From: Spirochaetales bacterium
GTDB taxonomy: Bacteria > Bacillota > Clostridia > Christensenellales > UBA1242
NCBI GenBank assembly: GCA_050178795.1
Contig: JBFXFT010000003.1
Location: forward strand, 3,955 to 67,954
DNA: 64,000 nt
Direction: 5' to 3'
Part shown: positions 1 through 9,806 of the stretch, in pieces
How positions within the stretch are numbered: the stretch's first letter is position 1
How the letters are laid out: every line of letters begins with the position of its first letter
The notes under the pieces: model-generated
Database searches by the model: none
Seen by the model: the letters and a program-made list of their open reading frames with translations, nothing else
Told to the model about the DNA's origin: nothing
Program-made: the position numbers and the translations under genes

Positions 1-101
1 AAGAGGCAGATATGGAGCTACGAGAAGAGGGTATAAGTTTTTGTACCTCTAAAACTGTTGATAATGTTTTTGCTACATTTAGTGATAATATAGAAAAATA
101 A
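1..101 (+). CDS. 3' end of an upstream hypothetical protein (partial)
   Basis: Open frame from position 3 (EADMELREEGISFCTSKTVDNVFATFSDNIEK) to TAA at 99-101; truncated by the window edge. Confidence 0.5.
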   Translation, partial: EADMELREEGISFCTSKTVDNVFATFSDNIEK

Positions 102-133
102 GTCTACAAAATTGGCTAAATTTTAATAAAAAA

Positions 134-961
134 TCAGTCCTTTGCGACTGATTTTTTTATTTTGTCATGATAAAAATAATTTTTAAAGTTTACACCATTG
201 TCACGGCAAAAGTTATTTATTTCTACTGCAAGTTTTTGCCAGTAGTCTTTATTGTTTTTAATATAAATTTCATTATAGAGTGAAATTAATTTAGGGTACT
301 TTTTTCTGATGTAGTTTAATATGGCAATTTTATATTCACCACGCAAATTTAAGTTTTCAAACCAATATTCATCTACAAAATCTTTGGTCTTCAAAATTAT
401 GTTTTGCCAGTCAGATATCATAGGGAATATTGGGGACACAAAGCACACAGTTTTAATTCCATTATCGTGCAAAGTCTTTAGGGCGCTAATCCTATCTTCT
501 ATGCTTGATGCTTTGTCCATATCGTTTTTAAAAGCCTCATCAGTTGTGTTGATTGAAAACGACACAATTAAATTTTTCATTTGTTTTAATAAATTAATGT
601 CTCTAAGAATTAATTTGTTTTTGGTTGAAATACTAATTTCAATATCTAGACCCACAAGTTGTTCTAAAATTTTTTGTGTCAATTTGTATTCTTTTTCAAA
701 GTCGTTATAGACATCGGTTACGCTCGCTAAAAAAACACTTTTACCAATGAGCTTTTTAGTGTTTAGCGGTTTATCGCAAATTTTTATATCAATAAATTCG
801 CCCCACGGTTCACTATGATTAGTGAATCTCTTCATAAATGACGCGTAACAATACTTGCAGCCATTTGTGCAACCAACATAAGGATTTATAACAAAATCTG
901 CACTTGGTAATTTGCTTGCAGTTATTAAATCATTGGTTTTTATTTCTTTTACTGTAATCAT
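134..961 (-). CDS. Radical SAM protein, spore photoproduct lyase-like family
   Basis: INPYVGCTNGCKYCYA (CxxxCxxC), VTDVY, STKN motifs. Confidence 0.85.
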   Translation of the reverse strand: MITVKEIKTNDLITASKLPSADFVINPYVGCTNGCKYCYASFMKRFTNHSEPWGEFIDIKICDKPLNTKKLIGKSVFLASVTDVYNDFEKEYKLTQKILEQLVGLDIEISISTKNKLILRDINLLKQMKNLIVSFSINTTDEAFKNDMDKASSIEDRISALKTLHDNGIKTVCFVSPIFPMISDWQNIILKTKDFVDEYWFENLNLRGEYKIAILNYIRKKYPKLISLYNEIYIKNNKDYWQKLAVEINNFCRDNGVNFKNYFYHDKIKKSVAKD

Positions 962-977
962 TTAATTCTCCTAATTT

Positions 978-1529
978 TTATAGTTTTTTAAACATAATAT
1001 TTCTATGGTATTGCTTCCCAAGATGTTCAAAACTATATTTGTCAACCACTTCAAAATTTAATTTTTTTAATGAATGCATACTTGCGGAATTTGTTGGATC
1101 AACAGTGCATATAATAAATTCTTTTTTATTCTCTTTTGCAAACTCAAAAAAATATTCCAATATTCTTTGCATAAATCCATTACCTCTATAATTTGGGTCA
1201 ACAAAAACCGCTCTAAAATATAGTACCTTATCTTTATTTAAATTTGCTAACAACGCGCTTTTATAATAATTTTCGCTAGAATATTTTGATAACAATATGT
1301 CGCCATAGGCAATTAATTTATTGTCTTGTTTATCAAAAATGCCTATGCATTCATTTTTGTCATCGCTTAGACACTCTTCTATTCTGCTCTTTGACACTTC
1401 AACCAAATGACTTTCTTTTGCCAAGTTTTTTAAAACAATATTTTGTAGTTGATACACTTTTTCAGCATATTCTGCAGTTAATTTTTGTGCGAAAAATATA
1501 TTATAATCAATGTCTAAATTGTCAATCAT
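978..1529 (-). CDS. GNAT family N-acetyltransferase
   Basis: VFVDPNYRGNGF acetyl-CoA motif A and N-x-x-S motif; start moved to the ATG at 1529 behind a GGGAG RBS. Confidence 0.85.
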   Translation of the reverse strand: MIDNLDIDYNIFFAQKLTAEYAEKVYQLQNIVLKNLAKESHLVEVSKSRIEECLSDDKNECIGIFDKQDNKLIAYGDILLSKYSSENYYKSALLANLNKDKVLYFRAVFVDPNYRGNGFMQRILEYFFEFAKENKKEFIICTVDPTNSASMHSLKKLNFEVVDKYSFEHLGKQYHRNIMFKKL

Positions 1530-1713
1530 AAGATGCTCCCTTTTAATTTTTTGTAAGCAACTTTTTATTACTAAAATTATTATATCACACTTACATAACA
1601 TAATAAAATACATTATATTACTTACTCAAAAATCGTCTTTACTATTTTATATTGTTTTAATTAAACAACTATGTTAAAATGTAATTACATTTATTAAAAA
1701 GGAAACGATAGTT

Positions 1714-2538
1714 ATGTTAAAAAAGAACGATGCAAAATTTATTATTTTTTCCGATATTCACTATGCGCCAGTGGCTCTTGACATTAAGGTTGACGGAGTT
1801 CAAAGAAAACTAACTGAGTATGCCGTTCCACTTGCAAATAAATTGATTGAAACCGTGAACGAAACAATGCCAGATGCCGTCATTAACTTGGGCGACTCTA
1901 TTCAAGATTCAAGTAATTACGAAGAAGACATAAATAATTTAAAATATATTTGTAACGTGTTTAAAGGGTTTAATGTGCCTTTTTTATCGGTAAGTGGCAA
2001 CCATGATTTGCGCCTTTTAAGTAGGCAAGAAGTCAGCGATATTATGGGACAAAATCATCACAATTTTTCTGAAGATATAAAAGGCTATCACATAATGTTT
2101 TTGGGGCTAGATGTGAACGAGGCTGCTCCAAATGGCTCTGGTGGAATCCTTAGAACTAGAAAATTGCGTTCTTCAACCCTTGAGTGGATTAAAAACGATT
2201 TATTAAATAATAATTTGCCAACCTTAATTTTTATTCATTATGGTGTGGCAGAAGATGATATGCAAAACAATTTCTGGTTTTACAAAAATAAAGAGGCGGC
2301 CCTACTTGAAAATAGAGTAGAACTTAAACACATTTTAGAAAACGACAACAATGTGCTAGCCGTATTTAGCGGACATCAACATTGGACAAAAAGACTAGTT
2401 GAGGGCAACATTCAATATTTTGTTGTAGGCTCTTTAACAGAAAATATGAAAAATGACGGCGTACCTGATGGCATATATTTAGAAGTAGATATAAAAAATA
2501 AAGATATTGAAGTAAAAGAACATCATTTGAAAATATAA
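1714..2538 (+). CDS. Calcineurin-like metallophosphoesterase
   Basis: SDIH, LGD, GNHD, H and SGHQH motifs. Confidence 0.9.
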   Translation: MLKKNDAKFIIFSDIHYAPVALDIKVDGVQRKLTEYAVPLANKLIETVNETMPDAVINLGDSIQDSSNYEEDINNLKYICNVFKGFNVPFLSVSGNHDLRLLSRQEVSDIMGQNHHNFSEDIKGYHIMFLGLDVNEAAPNGSGGILRTRKLRSSTLEWIKNDLLNNNLPTLIFIHYGVAEDDMQNNFWFYKNKEAALLENRVELKHILENDNNVLAVFSGHQHWTKRLVEGNIQYFVVGSLTENMKNDGVPDGIYLEVDIKNKDIEVKEHHLKI

Positions 2539-2582
2539 TATAGTCACATAAGTTATGATATTAAAAAAATAGAGGTAATAAA

Positions 2583-3038
2583 ATGGTAAGAGTAAGTTCC
2601 AGAGCTATAATTATAAAAGACAACAAATTGGTTTTAATGTTTAGAAACAGGCATGGAAAAATATACTACGTTACGCCTGGCGGTGGAGTAAATGATGGCG
2701 AAACACCAAAACAGTGCGTAATAAGAGAGGTTGAAGAAGAGTTTGGAATAATAGCTAAGCCTTTAAAAAAACTATACATCTATAAAGATGCTGGCACGAC
2801 CCAACATTATTATTTGTGCGAATGGATTGGCGGACAGTTTGCAACTGGCAAAGGTGAAGAATTTGAAAACAACGACCCAGAAAACATATTTATACCAAAA
2901 CTTGTACCCATTGAGGAACTAAAAAATTTGCCACTAGTTCCACCAGAAATTAAAAATAAACTTATTGAGGACCTTAAAAATGGGTTTGAAAACAAAACAA
3001 TTACCATTAAAGGTTTATATGAGGGCAAATGGAAATAG
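2583..3038 (+). CDS. NUDIX hydrolase
   Basis: PGGGVNDGETPKQCVIREVEEEFG Nudix box. Confidence 0.9.
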   Translation: MVRVSSRAIIIKDNKLVLMFRNRHGKIYYVTPGGGVNDGETPKQCVIREVEEEFGIIAKPLKKLYIYKDAGTTQHYYLCEWIGGQFATGKGEEFENNDPENIFIPKLVPIEELKNLPLVPPEIKNKLIEDLKNGFENKTITIKGLYEGKWK

Positions 3039-3198
3039 ACTGCGCACAACAAAACTTGGAAAACGACAAAATTTAGTTAAAAAGATAAGTTTATGACAAT
3101 AAATTTGTCTTTTTTAATATCTGCCTTAGGTAAAATATTGTTATTTTGTTTCAATATGCGTTATAATATTATTAAATAATTGTGCTGGAGGGCTAAAT

Positions 3199-4281
3199 AT
3201 GAAAAAAGTACTAGTATATACTTTTAGTATTCTATTTATGATTTCCAGCATTTTTTTTAACCTATCAGGTTGCCAAAACAACAGTGAAATTAATGACGAC
3301 GATACTAATACGGACGACATTTTGTCTACCTATTTTGATTTAACTTTGCAAGACGGAACACTAGAATTCACCTCTTCTATTATGGACTCTGAGGACTTTT
3401 CTAGAATTATTCCTCTTGGACAAATTAACCCACCTGGACACACCTTCCCTACCGACCACATCTATTTTGTATTAAATGGTCTTTCAAAACCTGTTTATGC
3501 TCCAACTGCTGGAAAAGTTTTGTACATTGACGAACCGGGTATGTACGGAGACCGTGCAATTAGAATTGGCGTTACAAGTACAATGTCTTACTATCTTGGT
3601 CACATTTTTATTGAAGATGGACTAGAAGTTGGCGATACTGTTTTAACAGGAGAGCAAATAGGTACAAGTGGCAACACATCTTGCGTTGATTTTGGCGTAC
3701 TCAATAAAGATATTGAGAACAATTTTATTTCGGACAAATACCCAGTAACTACAATATATGGCGACAAACCTTTATACTACTATAACGAGCCTCTACGCAC
3801 TGAACTATATGCGCTAGTAAAACCCCCTCAACCCTATGATGAGCCAGAATATGTATACGACGGCGGAGTAACAGACGGCGAGTTTGTCCTTGACGAGTTA
3901 GGGACACTTAGTGGAAACTGGTTTAAAGAAAACTGTCTTAACTCCGATGGTTGGTACGAATGGGAAGACACTTTGGCGTTTGGCTATGACAATTTTTATA
4001 CCGACCAAATAAGGATTGCTATTGGCACATATAGCAATGCCTTTGCCCTTAATAATGAAGATGACCCTATGACTCCAATAAGTGTTACAACAACCTCTGG
4101 CGCAGTCGCATATTACCTTTATAATGCTAATAACACAAGTAAAGGTCTTCCAACTAGTGAAAGAACTGGGCTAATGATGGTTGAAATGTTAAGCGACACG
4201 CGCATAAAATTAGAAATTTTTGAAGATACGACAAGTTTAACTCGCGAATTTACGAGTAGCGCACTATATTACGTGCGCTAA
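3199..4281 (+). CDS. Lipoprotein with M23 peptidase-like (duplicated hybrid motif) domain
   Basis: Signal peptide with LSGC lipobox; GHTFPTDHIYF, VYAPTAGKV, YLGH, VLTGEQIGTSG. Confidence 0.65.
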   Translation: MKKVLVYTFSILFMISSIFFNLSGCQNNSEINDDDTNTDDILSTYFDLTLQDGTLEFTSSIMDSEDFSRIIPLGQINPPGHTFPTDHIYFVLNGLSKPVYAPTAGKVLYIDEPGMYGDRAIRIGVTSTMSYYLGHIFIEDGLEVGDTVLTGEQIGTSGNTSCVDFGVLNKDIENNFISDKYPVTTIYGDKPLYYYNEPLRTELYALVKPPQPYDEPEYVYDGGVTDGEFVLDELGTLSGNWFKENCLNSDGWYEWEDTLAFGYDNFYTDQIRIAIGTYSNAFALNNEDDPMTPISVTTTSGAVAYYLYNANNTSKGLPTSERTGLMMVEMLSDTRIKLEIFEDTTSLTREFTSSALYYVR

Positions 4282-4320
4282 CATATATTGTATTTTTTAC
4301 ATAAAATAGAGGAAGTTTAT

Positions 4321-4935
4321 ATGGCACAAAAGGGAATATTAAAAATGTTTGACGTAACCAGAGGTGAATACTACTGGTTAATACAGAACAATAGAAAAGT
4401 ATTTGCAGAAAGTGGTAATTGGTTCCATGTTGCAAACGACTCTAAGCCATCATTTGGAGCACGAGTAATATATTGCTATAAAAAGGGCTTTAATAATAAG
4501 TTTTATTCGGCCAATTCGCCAGACAACTTTTTTGGTGCCGCTGTACTACTTCTTAACAAACCTTGCCAAAATGGTTTAGAAAAACTCAATGCTGTCTTAG
4601 CAAGGGAATGCGATTTAAAATATCCCTTCTTATTAAAAAATGGTGTGCCTGCTTTTCTATCATTTATTAGATGGTACGACGACACAGAAAAATTAATTAT
4701 TGCAATTCCTAATGTATTGCGTGAGGAAAATGATGTTTCTGCTTATATGAACTTACCATTTAGTTTAAAAGAGAAAAATACCTATTCCGAAGCAAGTAAA
4801 GAAAAAGGCACACTTCCATATATGGTAGAGAACAATGAAATAGTTGAATTATTACCAGAGCATATTAAAGAAATTCTTGAAATACAGACCAACAAAACAG
4901 AAAAAATTGACCCTGATAATGCACTTGAACAATAG
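4321..4935 (+). CDS. Hypothetical protein
   Basis: Long ORF; GAGGA RBS before the ATG at 4321; no recognisable motif. Confidence 0.6.
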   Translation: MAQKGILKMFDVTRGEYYWLIQNNRKVFAESGNWFHVANDSKPSFGARVIYCYKKGFNNKFYSANSPDNFFGAAVLLLNKPCQNGLEKLNAVLARECDLKYPFLLKNGVPAFLSFIRWYDDTEKLIIAIPNVLREENDVSAYMNLPFSLKEKNTYSEASKEKGTLPYMVENNEIVELLPEHIKEILEIQTNKTEKIDPDNALEQ

Positions 4936-5037
4936 ATGATTAATGCCTTATTTTTTATGTATATTTACAAGGTTTTTTAAAAAAATATATTGTAATATAT
5001 TAAGCCATATGATATTATAAACACAAGAGGATAAACT

Positions 5038-6147
5038 ATGAGCGATATGAAAGAAGCGCTAGAAATTTTGCGCGTAAAACAAAAATTTGATAGAGGCTAT
5101 GTTTCTCATTTAATGGATACAGACGGACATAGGGTTGTTGAACATAAAAAAATTTTATGGTTTAATAGAGATGTATACGTATTAGAAATTTCTGAAAACC
5201 TTGCAACCCAAATAGTAAACAGAAAAATGGTGGCGGATATTGCCCACGACTTGCAAAGAAAATATGATGACCTAATTAACCTGCCTATATATGAAAGAGG
5301 CAACAAAGACATTAAAGACCTATCAGATTTGGGACTACTTATTAGGACAGCCGAAAAAATAGAATACACATACGCAAGCAAAAAAGACACTTTGGCTTTT
5401 GACCAAAAAGTTGCCGAATTTTCCGACCTATTAGACAAAAATGTAATATATACTGGCGGCGCACATAGTCCATACTCCGTGCAAAATATGCAAATTACAA
5501 GCCTTAATGAAAAAGAAAAAGCGATGTGTGAAAGCTTAAATGGAAACAACAAGCAACAAGGACTAGTTAATAGTCAAAAGACTGTGCAAGCAGTAAAAGG
5601 CAATGTAAATTTAATTGCGAACGACCTAGATTTAAACGCCTCTGCACAAAAAAAATTGAATCAAATTATTTTAATGTCTAATAATATACCTGTAACCAAA
5701 TATTTGGATATTATTTCAAAAAATATAGATAAAAATGAATTTATAACAGATAAGTATGTATACATTAAAGATAGGGCTTTTACAGATTATACTTTGTCTA
5801 AAAAACAATCTGAAAACTCCCAAAAAACCGATTCGGTATCTCTACAACTAATTGACAGTGAACCACTTACCGTAGGACTACCTTACTCAGATGCAGAAAA
5901 TTTACAAATAAATAACCTTTCTCAAAAAGATGTATACTTGACTTATGAAACAATACGTAATTACTTCTCAGAACCAAGACAATCTTTTAAAGAAGAAATG
6001 CACTTTTCTTTTGATAAGAGTGATAATTTAACGGCAGTAGAAATTACAAAAACTCAAAGCCAAAATGATAAACCAAAATCTTCAGTAAAAACCTATAACG
6101 CAGAGCAAATTGAAAATATGCTATCTGAACAAGGAATGGAAGCATAG
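5038..6147 (+). CDS. Hypothetical protein
   Basis: 369-aa ORF with GAGG RBS; no recognisable family. Confidence 0.65.
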   Translation: MSDMKEALEILRVKQKFDRGYVSHLMDTDGHRVVEHKKILWFNRDVYVLEISENLATQIVNRKMVADIAHDLQRKYDDLINLPIYERGNKDIKDLSDLGLLIRTAEKIEYTYASKKDTLAFDQKVAEFSDLLDKNVIYTGGAHSPYSVQNMQITSLNEKEKAMCESLNGNNKQQGLVNSQKTVQAVKGNVNLIANDLDLNASAQKKLNQIILMSNNIPVTKYLDIISKNIDKNEFITDKYVYIKDRAFTDYTLSKKQSENSQKTDSVSLQLIDSEPLTVGLPYSDAENLQINNLSQKDVYLTYETIRNYFSEPRQSFKEEMHFSFDKSDNLTAVEITKTQSQNDKPKSSVKTYNAEQIENMLSEQGMEA

Positions 6148-6232
6148 AAAAATAATATTTGTTTTAAATATTGACAATTATTATTACGTTATAATGTACA
6201 TATAAAACAATAAATATATAAAGGGGATAAAT

Positions 6233-6748
6233 ATGCAAAATGTGTTAAAGCCAAAACAATATGAGTTAGTATATAATAGTTTGGAAGAGGATTTATTAAA
6301 AAGATTTGGTCACTATACTATTGACGCCAAAAACAAAAATTTTAGGGCTTTTAGCTTTGAAGTTGGAACTTTGGTTGTAGAAAACCATAAAAAATATGGT
6401 AATAAAGCTGAAAAATATTCTTTTTATGACAAAGATAGAAATTTAATTTGGTCTGGCACAAATTATAATAAATATAATGATTCGGCAGTATTTAACTCTT
6501 TAACTATACTTGTTACTGAGAAAGGTATCGTTGTTGCTCATGATGAACTTGATAATAGAAGTCCATTTGCCTGGAAAGGAAAATATGAATGTGTTGCTTT
6601 TGATCAAATAAATACTTACATACTTACTAACAATCCTAGCATTTTAGAAAATATTTTTGATATGACCTTTGACCACAATAACTATTCATATTCAAACAAG
6701 AATGAAATTCCTTACAACGAAATTGAAACAGAGGAGATTTCGAAGTAA
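6233..6748 (+). CDS. Hypothetical protein
   Basis: 171-aa ORF; AAGGGG RBS; consensus-like TTGACA...TATAAT promoter upstream. Confidence 0.65.
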   Translation: MQNVLKPKQYELVYNSLEEDLLKRFGHYTIDAKNKNFRAFSFEVGTLVVENHKKYGNKAEKYSFYDKDRNLIWSGTNYNKYNDSAVFNSLTILVTEKGIVVAHDELDNRSPFAWKGKYECVAFDQINTYILTNNPSILENIFDMTFDHNNYSYSNKNEIPYNEIETEEISK

Positions 6749-6778
6749 AATTTTAAATAGTTAATCTTTTATAATAAG

Positions 6779-6804
6779 AAAAACCGCTCTCAAGAGCGGT
6801 TTTT
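6779..6804. terminator. Bidirectional intrinsic terminator
   Basis: AAAAACCGCTC-TCAA-GAGCGGTTTTT between convergent genes. Confidence 0.85.
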
Positions 6805-6818
6805 GATTAATCCAATAT

Positions 6819-7160
6819 CTAGAAAACTAAAAGTGTATCTGTTGGGTCCAAAAAGCCAAGATCCTTGCCACCAGTTAAATTTGTTTGATTGTCGCAATGC
6901 TCGCAAGCCGTGCAATCAACGCAGTTGGCGCAATTTGTGCAACTTGTACAACCAGAGCAGTTGGTGCAATTAACGCAATCGGTAAGAGTTTCAAAGGCGG
7001 CTATTGCTGCCTCTTTGCTGTACCTATACTTTGAGTATGTGTTGCCTCCCGGAAAAACAAAATAACCCGCCGTTAAGTTAGTGTATGGCCTTTTTTCGTT
7101 GATGTCTTCCTCAATGTACTTGATGTCCTCTGGTGTGAGTTTAGTAATTTCTTCGGTCAT
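6819..7160 (-). CDS. Small protein with Cys-every-third-residue repeat
   Basis: CVNCTNCSGCTSCTNCANCVDCTACEHC; GAGG RBS. Confidence 0.7.
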   Translation of the reverse strand: MTEEITKLTPEDIKYIEEDINEKRPYTNLTAGYFVFPGGNTYSKYRYSKEAAIAAFETLTDCVNCTNCSGCTSCTNCANCVDCTACEHCDNQTNLTGGKDLGFLDPTDTLLVF

Positions 7161-7246
7161 AGTATTATACCTCTAGTATGCATATTTTTATTAATTTGTC
7201 GCCTTTATTATAAGGTAAAATAAAATAAGTGTCAATGTATATTTAT

Positions 7247-8074
7247 CTATAATTGAGTAAAAGCAAAACTCAATACTCCAAGTAAAACTATTATAGATGC
7301 TATAAACTGTACCCTACTAGTTTTTTGCTTATTTATGAAGTAAGTTGCTAAAATTGTAATGGCTAAACTTAGTGGAGTAACTAGCATATATAGCGTTGCA
7401 GAACTTGCCGATAGTATTGCTGCAAACAAAAAACTTACAACTCCAAAAATTTGTATTAAAAATGCCTTCTTAAATGCCACAGTAGTAGGTTTAATTTGTT
7501 TAGTAAAAGGTAATAAAAAAACACAACCTAAAAACGCCATAAAAAAGATATAACTTGCTGGACTAATTTGTTTTAAAATAAAATAAGCCACATAACCACG
7601 CGCAACGCTCATAGTAACTTTTAAAATTAGTGCGAGTTTTGCTTTATTAAAACCCGTATTACCTTTACTTAAAATAAAGGTACCCAAAACAACTAGTAAA
7701 ATTGCCAATAACGCAAATATTTTAAATGAGGACGCACCAATACTTACATCTATAAAATAGGTTATCGCCGTCGCCAAACTGCCAAATGTAACCATTTCCA
7801 TTGGTGTAACAACTTCCAACCCCTTAACCATGCCAAAAAGGTCGCCAATTCTTAAAATGGCGGCAAGAATTATTAATAAAATTAGGTCTAATTTAAAAGT
7901 AATGTCAAATGGGTAAAATATAAACAAAAATACGCTAAAGACTAACAAAGCGACATTAAGAGCATAGATGTATGCATTTGTTTTGATGCCCTTTTGCAAG
8001 GTATCTTTGGCGTAAAAATTATTATAACTGCTAAATGTTGCATTAATTATTAGTAAAAGCGGTGTAAAAATCAT
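7247..8074 (-). CDS. DMT/EamA-like membrane transporter
   Basis: About 10 hydrophobic segments in two repeated halves; C-terminal IVLLGV. Confidence 0.7.
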   Translation of the reverse strand: MIFTPLLLIINATFSSYNNFYAKDTLQKGIKTNAYIYALNVALLVFSVFLFIFYPFDITFKLDLILLIILAAILRIGDLFGMVKGLEVVTPMEMVTFGSLATAITYFIDVSIGASSFKIFALLAILLVVLGTFILSKGNTGFNKAKLALILKVTMSVARGYVAYFILKQISPASYIFFMAFLGCVFLLPFTKQIKPTTVAFKKAFLIQIFGVVSFLFAAILSASSATLYMLVTPLSLAITILATYFINKQKTSRVQFIASIIVLLGVLSFAFTQL

Positions 8075-8229
8075 ATTTTTGTCCTATTTAATATGTAAAT
8101 TGTTGTTACATTATAGCATAAAATAATGCTCCACCCTATTTAAAAAACCTCATTTTAAAAAAAATAAAGGGTTTGACAAAAATATTTTTCAATGGTACTA
8201 TTTAATAAACAATATAGGAGAATATTTTA

Positions 8230-8790
8230 ATGATTTACTACGTAAGACATGGACAGGCTATTCACAATTTAGGAGAACTTTTTTGTGAAGAAGATAAAGA
8301 ATTTAGTCTAACAGAAAAAGGTTTTGAACAAGCAAGAGAGACGGCAAAAGCACTAAAGGACATTAAATTTGATATATGCTACTGCTCTCCAAAGAGGCGC
8401 ACTGTACAAACTATGGAAGAAATAGTAAAATACCACCCTGGACTTAAAGTAGTTATGGACAATAGAATTGTAGAGCGTATGTGGGGCGAAGCGAGTGGGC
8501 TACACATAAGCGTATGTGATGTAGAGCCAGGCAGATGGCACATGGATACAAAATTTCCGTTTGAAGGAATTGAAAGTGTTGACGATGTTTTTAAAAGAGC
8601 AAAAAGTTTTTATGATGAGATTTGTGACGAAAATAAAAACATTCTAGTCGTTTCACACAGTGGTTTTGGAAGAGTAAGTTATTGCTATTTTCACGGATTT
8701 CCTAAAAACCGCGATTTAAAAGATATAGTAATTAAAAACTCAGAAGTGCTAAAATTTGAAAAAGTAAAAGAAAACGATAAAACAGTTTAA
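8230..8790 (+). CDS. Histidine phosphatase (phosphoglycerate mutase family)
   Basis: VRHGQ, SPKRRT, ERMWG, VVSHSG. Confidence 0.9.
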   Translation: MIYYVRHGQAIHNLGELFCEEDKEFSLTEKGFEQARETAKALKDIKFDICYCSPKRRTVQTMEEIVKYHPGLKVVMDNRIVERMWGEASGLHISVCDVEPGRWHMDTKFPFEGIESVDDVFKRAKSFYDEICDENKNILVVSHSGFGRVSYCYFHGFPKNRDLKDIVIKNSEVLKFEKVKENDKTV

Positions 8791-8799
8791 AATAAGTAC

Positions 8800-8832
8800 A
8801 AAAAAAACTAACCAAATTGGTTAGTTTTTTTT
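8800..8832. terminator. Bidirectional intrinsic terminator
   Basis: AAAAAAACTAACCAA-A-TTGGTTAGTTTTTTT. Confidence 0.8.
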
Positions 8833-8846
8833 AATTTTAATAGTAA

Positions 8847-9671
8847 TTAAGCCATATTAAGGTCTACATCTACCGTATGATTAACTGCAGCAACTTTACC
8901 CTTACTTGCAGTAGCCGCTTTAGTTTTATCTGCTTCAATTCTTTTTAACTCTTCTGCAAAAGCCTCAACATCTAAACATAAGTTAGTTTCTTTTAAACTT
9001 TCATAGTATCTTATGGCATCGGTGTCTCTTTTAATTTTTAAAACTTCTAAATCGAATTCTTTTGAAGTTTTGCCTGTAGTGGCACCAGAAAGGTCATCAT
9101 AAGTATAGCCTTTAAGATATTCTTTAAGTTTTGCTTGTCTACGCTCTTCCCATTGTACCTTGTCTGCAAAAGTCATTTCGCTTAATGGTTTTTCGCTTGC
9201 TAATACGGTGTTTCTAATTCTTCTCATATCTTTAAGACTTAGACCAGATTCCAAAAACTCAGTATCAGTTAAACAATTTTTGTCTGCAACTTCTTTTACT
9301 ACTCTATTGCCAAAAAGACCAGTAACCGAATATTGTCCATTGCCAAGATATTCAAAGTTTTTTAAGTTTTTAGCTTCAATTTTTCCTTCTGGATTAATTA
9401 AAACATCTACTAGTCTGTCTTTTCCTTTTATTATGGCTGCAAAATAGTAGCCATTTGGTAAATAAGTAAAACTAGTGTTTAAATTTCCTATCATTCCTGC
9501 CCCATTGTAAAAACGATATGAAGAAACCTTTTCATTTGTATCTCTATCATATAGTCCATAAGAATCTTGGTCGTAATCAACAACCACTGGCATTGAATCT
9601 CCAGACGCATAAGTCTTATTTGCATAAACGGTTTTGCCACGTTCTTCAAGCCTCAATTCTAATCTTCCCAT
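8847..9671 (-). CDS. Hypothetical protein
   Basis: GGAGG RBS before the ATG at 9671; no recognised family. Confidence 0.6.
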   Translation of the reverse strand: MGRLELRLEERGKTVYANKTYASGDSMPVVVDYDQDSYGLYDRDTNEKVSSYRFYNGAGMIGNLNTSFTYLPNGYYFAAIIKGKDRLVDVLINPEGKIEAKNLKNFEYLGNGQYSVTGLFGNRVVKEVADKNCLTDTEFLESGLSLKDMRRIRNTVLASEKPLSEMTFADKVQWEERRQAKLKEYLKGYTYDDLSGATTGKTSKEFDLEVLKIKRDTDAIRYYESLKETNLCLDVEAFAEELKRIEADKTKAATASKGKVAAVNHTVDVDLNMA

Positions 9672-9806
9672 AAAAACCTCCAAGGTTAAATATATAATTA
9701 ATAATATTGTATGCTTTTAAAAACCAAATGTCAATAGTCATTTATAAATAATAAGTAACTATATCATTAAAAAAGAGGCAAATTGCCTCTCTTTTTTAAA
9801 ATTTAA

